From Camelus ferus (Eukaryota), in the NCBI RefSeq assembly GCF_009834535.1, contig NC_045697.1, positions 85,190,001 through 85,254,000 of the forward strand: 64,000 bases of DNA, given 5' to 3'. Positions within the stretch are counted from its first letter, which is position 1; each line of letters opens with the position of its first letter. Positions 53,572 through 64,000 of the stretch are shown piece after piece. Below the pieces are notes generated by a model. The model worked only from the letters and a program-made list of their open reading frames with translations. It searched no databases and was not told where the DNA came from. Made by a program: the position numbers and the translations under genes.

Positions 53572-56500
53572 TTACCATCATGATTTATATGAGCATATTA
53601 AGAGCATCAGATACAGTGTTTCTAGGTGATATATAATTTCTAAACAGGTATTTCATCTTTTTAATTTATAACTCCAAGAGTTTTAGTGTTGTAGATATAT
53701 TCATTAAATTCAGATAAAGAAGAGGTTACATTTTAACATTTAAATACATTCATATTATTATACAAATCAAAATAAAGCCCAATTTTATCTTCTTCCATAG
53801 TGATTTTATATATATAGTATATCATTTCATATTTCAAACTTCACAGTGGTTATAGAAAGACTCAATAAAATAAAATTTTCAAAATGTGATGTAATAACAG
53901 TATCATGTATTATTACCATAAATAACCACAGAATGTTTCTTCAACTTTTGATTGATTTCAAATATACAAAAAGTAAACAAATAATAGAATGAAACACCAT
54001 GTATCCATTACCTGGCCCCAAAATGACTAATCCATGGCTTTCCTGCCACAACCTCAACCCCATCCACTCCACCGCTTCTCTACTATCTTGGAAAAAATCC
54101 AGAATCGGTAAAAAACGAAATTACAAAATAATTTTATTTTATTAAAAGAGACTATGTTTATGAGAGAGAAACACTTTTAGAAAAAGGAAAATCCTAATTT
54201 TCATCTTATTACTCAAGATACTTATTTCATATAATACACGATTTTTAGCACGCTAAATATTAACAGCCAAGAAAAATCTTCTTGGTGACTGACAGGTAAT
54301 ATGGCTATTAAAGGAGGAAAATTCTCCCAAGCAAAATGAATATCTAACAGCATGTATTTGGTCATCAATTCTCTGTATATATCTATTATATACGAGGGGC
54401 CACTGAAGGATTATTTCCTCTTTTCCAGCTCGCACTAGCTGGGATTTCCCTCCTTCAATCCATAATCCTTTACTGCCTTAGCTTATCCCTCATATCAGCT
54501 GCTCTTTGAGACTAGACTTTATTCCTTCCCAGCAGGCAGGTCAGAGCTTGAGGGAGAGAAGAGAAGTGACTTCCACAACCACCCCTTCGACTGTATCCCA
54601 ATGCTCCTGCCCCCGCTCCTCCAGCTGGAGTCACAGGCAACACACCAGCCCCCCATCTCTGCTCCTTAAGTCTTCTATCCTTCCTCCTAGAACTGGAATC
54701 CTAGCTCCTCTGAACAGAAATAAGGGAAAAGTTTATGACTGTTTGCCTGAGAATGCAGATAAACGTCATGTCCCATAAATACAAAACCTCTTGATCAGCA
54801 TCCGCAGAGTCTAATCAAAAGAGAAAGATGGGTAAGGTGGTAAGACGGTTAAGGTGGGGTAAGGAAGGCACCCTCTTCACGGTTTCCTCCTGAGTGGCCA
54901 TGAAGGTCACCTCCCTGTGAGCTTCCCTAGGCTCAAGGACAACAGCACCTGCAGAGCTGCAACTAGATTTCGTACCATTTTAGTTTTACTATATTCAGAT
55001 AAGTCTGATATTTGACTTTCAAATTCAGCTTTAAAAAATAGTCAGGAACACACTACTTAGAAAGGTAAGAGGTGCATGAAAAAGTAATACAACTGTACTG
55101 AATACATAGTCTTTTAAGCGTTGTGAGTTTCAGCATAACGTGGGTTAGGTATGCTTCTGGGAGCTGGTCTGAGAACCTACCCACCATATGTTACAGTTTC
55201 TATGGAAAAAAGTGATCCATATTTTAAAATTCAGCTTCTCTCTTTTCAGCATCTTCAATTCGTATCACCTAACAGGGAACATTTGTCATCGTCAATGGTA
55301 AAAGCTGCAAGATCTTCTCTTTCCTTGAATACCTTTGTCTCTCTACAGTAAAGGGTTCTACAGCCATATGTGTGAACATTGCTTTTTTGTTATTCTGAAT
55401 ATGGAATATTCTTTCCTTCAATGCCTGCGGTGTTCACGGAGGAAAGTGAAGAAGCAGAGAGAGGCTGTGAATGAGAGACACATTGTGTACCAATCCCAGC
55501 AAAAAGCAGCCATGGTGACCTTTGGCTGAAATATAGTACGTTTCACATTTTATATGATCTACAACATAGAAAAATAAAAAAAAAAGACTTCCTTTTATAA
55601 ATTATTTTCTCCAAAATCACCATGAGTTTTCAGAATCAGTAATATTTTAATATCCATGACCAGTTACAAGAAGCCTCAAAGAAATTATGCTTATAGCACA
55701 GTCTGAGGACCACATGCCCAATAACAAGAATGCAAGTTTCCAGACTGTCAGTGTGCATCTGGTTTTTTACTTAGTTCAGCAAAATTAACTTTAAAAATGA
55801 CATGAAAGATTTGTTATAATACATTGCAGACAAAGATGGAGAAAATTAAGAACAGTGTTTTAAACATAACAGCTTTTTAAAAACAAAAACTATGAAGAGA
55901 CAGGTCTACTGAAAAGTTTTGCACGCATAGGAAGGGCCCAACTATAAAGAATTCAAAAAAAAAAATGCCATCTTTGATAAATCAGCCATATATTCTTCGA
56001 AAAGAAAGAAAGAAATCAGAACACTGTAAAGCCTGAGTGACGGGCACCATTCTGAAGCTGTATTTCATAAGGCTGTACTGTCTGCCACCTTGAGATTTCA
56101 AGTACAGCTTGCAGCCCAAATCGATGTAAAGTTAGGGCCAGTGGTCATGCACACACTAGCTTCTATAACTAGCATTAAAGGAGACACTTTCTGGACAATG
56201 AGCAAATAAAAGAAACAGAAGCTGACTACCAATGATCCTTTTCTCTTGAATGTGAGAATAAACAAATCAGGAGAAGAGAAATACACTTTCCTCATATCCA
56301 GAAAGACATTTCCACTCAGAAGCCAAGGACAAAAGTAAACTCATGAGAAAAACACAGGTACAGAAGGACATGAGGAATGCCAGGAACCTCAGCCTCCTTT
56401 AAGGAAAAGATGGAGGAAGTAAAAAATTAACTCTGACAATACTCATCTGTTCATTTTAGTGCAATAGATTCAATCCCTAAACCAAATACATTTATCATGT

Positions 56501-57042
56501 GCTAAGCAGATGAAATCTAAGTGACAAATTTTCTATTTGTCTTATTGTTTAGCTAGTCATTAGAAGGAATTCAAATAGTATCTCTTTTACAAATCCAAAT
56601 ATGTTCAATTCCCATGTCAAAATGTAGCCAGTCATTTTCTCCAATATAGGAGAAATATAAGGATCTTTTTAGTGGTATTTTATTGTAGAAATATTAAGGC
56701 AGAAGGGCATCACTTAATAGTTTTAAAATGTATCTAGTAAAACAGAAATTTCACATGCTAAAACATTGAAATTATTATTTAAAACATTCATTCTTAACGT
56801 ACCTGGCTACCAAGCACAACTAGACCTTAGCTGAAGTTTCTGGTTATGATTAATGCAGAGATAGGAAAAATGACACATATTGCTGAAATCAACTTAAAAA
56901 GAAACAGCGTTCAATGAAAGAAAAAAAGTTCCACTGCCAGAGCTCCACATCTGTGTGAAATACACTGAAAAGGCAAGCTCTCTCCTTGACAGTGAGAATG
57001 AAAAACAGATCTCTGCAGCCTGGGGAGAGGAAGCCCCCTTTA

Positions 57043-57542
<500 letters not shown>

Positions 57543-58662
57543 CTGAGGGGAGATAGAAGAAAAAGAAAGAAAGAAAACTGGAAGTCTAAGACAAAATCTT
57601 ATGAAAATATCTCTACTTGGAATGATCTGTCTTTTCATTCTGCCTTTTGCTCTTTAAAATTTTTAGTAACACCTAATTTAGCCATAAGACTCAGCCCAGT
57701 AAAAGTATCTTTGGTGTAGAATATATAATATTATATTCAATAAAAGCTGACCAGAATGCAGTTTTAGAATCTATTCATTAACAACTATATAGCTTTTGCT
57801 TTTTTTTAAGAGTTTATAATAAAATTTCCAAATGTATCATCTGTTGCTGTTCTAAAAGTGTAAAATTTTAAAGTTTATTTTGAGCAGAAATTTCTCATCT
57901 CAAATTTTATAAGCAAAAGTAGATGCATACATGAAAACAGTCTTAATATGAAATACAGCATGGTTCAGAATTTTAATGAATAAAAAAATGAAACATTATT
58001 ATGTTAAAGATTTCTTGCTTATATGCAAGGTGACATTCTGTTAAAATAAAAGTTTATAAATAGACATATCTAGTTGCTCACTTTTAATTATTCATGATAC
58101 TGAAAAATATTTAAGTAAAAGGATAACTTTAATGATGTTAATACAAATAGTTAACATAATAAATGGTGCAGAGCAATGCGTGGGATTGTTTAATTCGTTT
58201 AATAGCCTGCACCTAGTCGTGTTTAAATTAGTTCTCCAACATTGCTATGAAATACACAGTGCTTCACAAAATGTCTTTGCGTCCTTTATACTCTGAACTC
58301 TCTCCATTCCTTAAACTTTTTTTTTTTTTTTTTTTTACTGATTGCAGAGGGAATATCAAGTACAGACCACTGGAACTCGATCTGCCACCTCAAAGCACTA
58401 GCTAAATTATGAATGTCGGATTTCAGATTAGTAAACCAATGAGCTTAATATTTAATGGCAAGTTATTAAATGGACAAAGGCTGATTAGCATAAATAATCT
58501 TACTTGTTAAACTTCATAATCAGAATATTTCAAAAATCAACAACCTATACTCAGAAAAGGTAAGTTGATGACAATACAGAATGCTTAATTGCTCTACACA
58601 CACCATCACACATACAGGTTAGAAACTATCAGACAAACCAAGTGGAATAAAGTGTTAGCTTA

Positions 58663-58989
<327 letters not shown>

Positions 58990-61133
58990 TTATTATCTCT
59001 ATGAGTATAAATAGGCTGTCCATGAAAAATAATAGGAAGTGTTGCTAGAGAATAATACATTATTTCAAAAATCATTTAACTTCCATTTCATCAAATTAAT
59101 ACAAAATCAAAATCAATTTTTAATTTACCCTGTAATGTTAACTTTTCACATCAAAGAGCTATTACAAATGTCGAATTGGAAAGCCAAAGTCTTCCCTGAA
59201 ACAGGTCATGTTGAGTTCACTTTTAGCTGCAAGAGAAGAGAAAAATCCAACCAAGAGGAACTACGCTGAGTTACCAAGGGGAATCTCACATATATGTGAA
59301 AAAAGACCAAGGTCATAAAAACAGCACTCATTACAGCAGGTAGAGTGAGGCTCCACTGTCTCTCTGGCTCGTCCCATGTGGACTGTCACGGCTCTATCCA
59401 AATTTTTCAAAGCGTGCTATTTAAATTATATAGATTTGTTTCTGCTTATCAAATAAGATTAGATTTAGGAAAAATGTAGAAAATATGAAGAGAATAAAAG
59501 CCACCAGTGGTCCCATAAACAAGAGAACTAGCATCTATCTCCATGCCTGACTTTGGTGCATTCAAATTTTCAGCTCAGTCTAAGAACAGCTACCTTTTAT
59601 GATTGTACTTTTCATGCCATTTCATATATTGCTGTTTTTTCCATTCAACATTTTTCTCAAGTCAAAAAGTTTTTTTTAAACTCAAGGTACCATAACTTAC
59701 TTATTTAACCAAACTCTCCATTGTTTGATATTTGAGTGAATTTTTTGTTTCTTTTGCTGGTTGTTTGGTTGTTTTTGCTTTAGTTTTGGATTTTTAGTTT
59801 GTTTTTGGGGGGGGGGTTATATTTTGCTTTTATAAACAAAATTGAACTCTAAAATAAAAATATCAACAATGTAAGTACCTGATTCATATGATCTAAAAAT
59901 CTGTTTAAGTTTCTGTTTATTCTTTTTACAAAAGTAATGGAAATCGACATTTTGTAAAGAAAAACTGGGATGAAAATAGTTAAGTAGGAGACTTAGTTTT
60001 AAGGGAAAATAGTGGACACTAATACCATACCTTGATATTGGTTGGAGTATTATTTTCAATGTTGGGGGCAATGTTGAAAATAAATACATTGAAAATAAAT
60101 AAAGAAAAGAAAAGAAAGAAAACAAAATAATACAGAATTAATTCTCATCACCCCAAATCTGACATTCTAAACAGCATAATGCATATTTGAAAGATGGACA
60201 GACTGCCCTCATCTTCCTAAATAATCCAACTAAGATAAAGAAATAGAAACGTAATCTGGCAATACTGGGAATACTCATACTTTCTCAGCCAATGACACAG
60301 AGTTAGAACAGAAAATCCATTAAAAGACATTCCTACCACAGTGACGAAAGAAACTTCTGAAGTGGCTTTGCTAAGTAAATGGGAAAAATACTCTGTAGTT
60401 TAAGTACCAGCCTATTACAAAATGTGAACACCTATAACATCATTTACATTTCCCTCAACCTCCATCAGGAGCACCACACATAACAGAAACAAGCCCTAAT
60501 AATACCAGATTATTCCCCGGGGATGACACACATGCGACATCTACCTCCTGGACTGCAGGGCTGATTTGGGCAGCTCCACCCAGGGTCATCATGCGTTTTT
60601 GGTGACCCAACTGGAACAGCCTAGCAGTGCTGTACAGCTCTACGACTGGAGCAGAGAAAGACTTCCAGAAGCTCCAGATTCTCAAAGGATCTCAAACAGG
60701 AGTGAGGTCCAGGAATAATCCCACAGGGCCCAGCAGGATCTCTGCACACCTCTGAACTCACCTTTCCACATGTGCAGATGAGGAAGTAAAGTCTCAGAGT
60801 TAGTGACCGGCCCAGTTACAACACTGATTAATGGCAGGTTCAGGGCCAGAATACAAAAATCCTCATTACCACTACCCACCAGTGAGAGCAGTGGGAGCCG
60901 GGAGCTGCCGCTGACTTTGGCAGTGCTACGGGGCACATCCATCACCCCTCACCCGGCATTCTCTTCCTGCTGAAAGACAAGCACGCTACAGGACACTCTC
61001 TGAGAGCAATCCTGACAAAAACTAACTTTATTTTGAGATCACCCCATTATAATGCAATTATAATTCAAGCACAGCTCAAACTATATTTCTCCTACAACTT
61101 TCAATCTCTCAGACTGTCAATTAGAGGTAATAC

Positions 61134-61308
61134 CTTTTCTGCCAGCTGTTGATTGTCCTTTAGAATTTTTGACTTCTCCTTCTTTGATCATTGTCATAAT
61201 TTGCTGTTCTTCATCATCAGCCTCCATGTCACTGTCCAGGTAGCCAATCAGAAGCTCTGTATCTGTTTCTATATCTTCAATTGCCAAATAGAAAATATTT
61301 TCTCCTTC
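61134..61308 (-). CDS. PRDM5: PRDM5 exon (~4), 175 nt: C-terminus of the PR/SET domain and acidic linker
   Basis: Acceptor ctcag|GAAGGA, donor AAAG|gtatta. Encodes [58 protein letters not shown]. Confidence 0.97.
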
Positions 61309-62987
61309 CTGAGATAAAATTTAAAAAAAAAACTGTTGAATGACCAATATATCTCAATAATAATAAAAGAAATGCTAAATCATTCATTTGTTTCTGACAG
61401 TATTTAAGAAATCATTTTAAGATACAGTCAGTACCATGTGTTCATGATAAGTTACCATTATTTTTTATATCTCCAATTGATCTGGACACTGGCAAAGGAA
61501 ACTGACAATATTTAGTCACCTAGCAAATAAAATACAAATAGATATTAAAGATAGTGACATTTATATACATATATATATGTATATATTAAATGAAATAAGG
61601 ATAATTATTATTTAAATTTCTAAAAGTAAATTTAGAATCAGTAATTGGCTTTGTGCAGTAACACTTTGTGAAGGTCCATAAATTCAGTAGAAAAGAAAAC
61701 TCTTGAGCACTGGTGTCATTTCTGAAACCAAACAGAGAGCAATGAGATAGCGATGATTTAATTATGATTGGTACTAAACACAATACTGAAAGGAAAAAGA
61801 CCTTTCAATTTACAACACAAATCAAAGGAACTGAAAATGAACCCGAAAGAATTTCCAAAAGCTGGACCTGAAATAGGAAAAAGACTAGGCACTTGGAAGG
61901 TTCAAAGCATTGAGTGGATCATCATGTGTACCTAAATCCCACTAAAATGACAGAAAAGAGAAGAAAACAAGTTCTACCATCAACATCCCAACACTTTTTA
62001 GAAAATTCTAGAAGATAGAAATTAGACAGAGTTGAAATGACAATGCAGAAGAAATCTCAGTCCATAACAGACTGAGAAGAGGAATGCTGCAAAGAATAAC
62101 CCAAGGAAACTCCAAAGCAACTCCACACTTGGAATCAACTGATACGAAAGCCCCTCTGGGCCTGGGGCCAATCACCAGGGAAGCCAGAACCGGGGCTGCT
62201 TAGCTGGCTGTCCCCAGGAGAAACACCCAGAACTGCTGTCTTTTACAGAGTCGAGAATTTGTTCTGGGAGGGCTGCTAGTTTTGGTGGCTGAGATAGAGA
62301 AGCAGAGCAAATTTACTGGACCTCTGTGGTGGGCAAGTGAGGGAAAGGACAAGGACTATAAGGTCCATCCAGGAGTGAAATCCAATAAAGCAACGAACAC
62401 AGAACAAAGCCTTCTCTCCATTGGCAATGTCACAGCACTTATATTTGGGAGGAAGAGACAGAGGAAGAGGTGGGGTAGTGGGGAGGAAGAGGAATGTGTA
62501 CTGAGTGTATATATGTATGTGTGTATTATGTGTGCACAAGCAGAACCTCATGAAAGATTGTAAAAGTGTGCATCAAACCGTTACAAAGCTATCATTCTGA
62601 AGCTGGGAGAAGGAGCAGTCTATATTGAATACTGTCTTAGTTTCTTTTTACAACAAAGATTACTTCGTAATTTTAAAAACAATAAATATTAGAAAATTCC
62701 ATGGGAGAGACAGAAATGATGATCATATGCATCAAATACTGTGCAAGGGAGGACTGACTCAAAAGTTCAAAGCAGGGAAGCAAATCTAGCCATTAGCTGC
62801 AGTTAATTAAATGAAGTTACTGTAATATTTAGAGCATTGGAAGTTCATGAATTTCATTCCTCCAGAAACACAAAAAGTTATTTCTAATTAAGAGCACAGT
62901 TAACTTCTATACAATTGTTAATCTTAGGGCAACAAAAACAAACAAAAAAACACAATGTGGACATTCAGCAAAAGAGAGATTTCTTTT

Positions 62988-63059
62988 TAAATTAATTCAG
63001 AAGCGATACTTTCCAGGGTTTGGTAAATTAATTCAGAAGCGATACTTTCCAGGGTTTGG
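62988..63059. repeat. Perfect 36-bp tandem duplication
   Basis: taaattaattcagaagcgatactttccagggtttgg at 62988-63023 and again at 63024-63059. Confidence 0.97.
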
Positions 63060-64000
63060 AAACTACTTGCTAAGAGAGTCATTCAAAGCAACAAAGGACT
63101 CATCTAATGAAGATTTCAGAAAATAATCATAAATCTTAGGGCTTATCTGATCAATATCCAAGAAAGTTAATTGAAATGTCTTTCCAGCATACTAGTCATT
63201 AATTTTGTGAAGACCTTCACAAAAAATTAATAATTTTTAATTTTAAAACATTATAGCATTAACTTAATCTGCAATCCTAAGACATAGCATGCCTATTTAG
63301 GGGTTCTTTAATAAAAGAAAATTTTAATATGCCAGTTAAAACTTTGATTTAATAAAACTAATGTCAGCATTACAAGCTCCAAGGATCAACTAACTACATG
63401 ATCTGTCTGCACACTAAACGTGTGATAAGAAGAGGAACGTCATGACAGTTATTACTCCCATCTATTTATTTCATGGAGATACCTAGATATCTTTCTATGT
63501 GTAATTCCTACCACCGCCCAGACCAAGAGTCTCTTCCTTTTCATTTGCTACCACGCTGGTTTTAAGAAGTATCCTCTTAAATTGCTTCCTTGCCTATACT
63601 TAGCTGAGTTAACCACCCAACAGCTCTTCATTATCTTACTCTCCTGCCCGATTTCTAATCCCTGGAGCTCTTTTAAACTCTCTGGGGTGATTCTCCCCAC
63701 CTGTAGGCTCATCTCAGGCCCAGTGTCCTGCCCTTTGGCAAAAAGGTTTTAAAGAGAGTTGACCCACCACTCTGAGACCCAGCATCAACCCCCCAGTTGT
63801 CATGAGCCTGGCCACGACCTCCAGCTTTGATAACTGTTTTAATATTAGCTTGAAATTTACTTCTGTTTCTCACAGCTATGGTTTCGGGTCATTGGGTTTG
63901 TGGCGTATTCCCCTGAGCACAGTTCCTCCACAAAAAAGTCATTTCTTGCATTTACATTTTAGGGATCAGCCGCCTTCCTGGGACTTTACCTGGGGGTTGG

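Overview
This is mammalian genomic DNA, most likely camelid (judged from a Vic-1-type tRNA-derived SINE). The whole window lies inside one minus-strand gene, PRDM5 (PR/SET-domain zinc-finger transcription factor). I resolved 11 consecutive coding exons by hand (probably exons 4-14), all with GT-AG boundaries and matching phases. They total 1323 nt, or 441 uninterrupted codons, running from the end of the PR domain through most of the zinc-finger array. The start and stop codons lie outside the window. The introns hold ordinary interspersed repeats: L1, L2, L3, MIR, MaLR and ERV LTRs, hAT-Charlie and Tigger elements, a U6 retrocopy and microsatellites. Most ORF-track entries are spurious or L1 fragments. 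I found no convincing new biological system. The best leads are: an in-frame cassette exon that switches one C2H2 finger into two C2HC fingers; a chimeric U6 retrocopy; a 63-bp locally templated insertion; a candidate alternative terminal exon; and an antisense solo LTR. Repeat subfamily names, exon numbers and human comparisons come from recall and are unverified; repeat boundaries are approximate.
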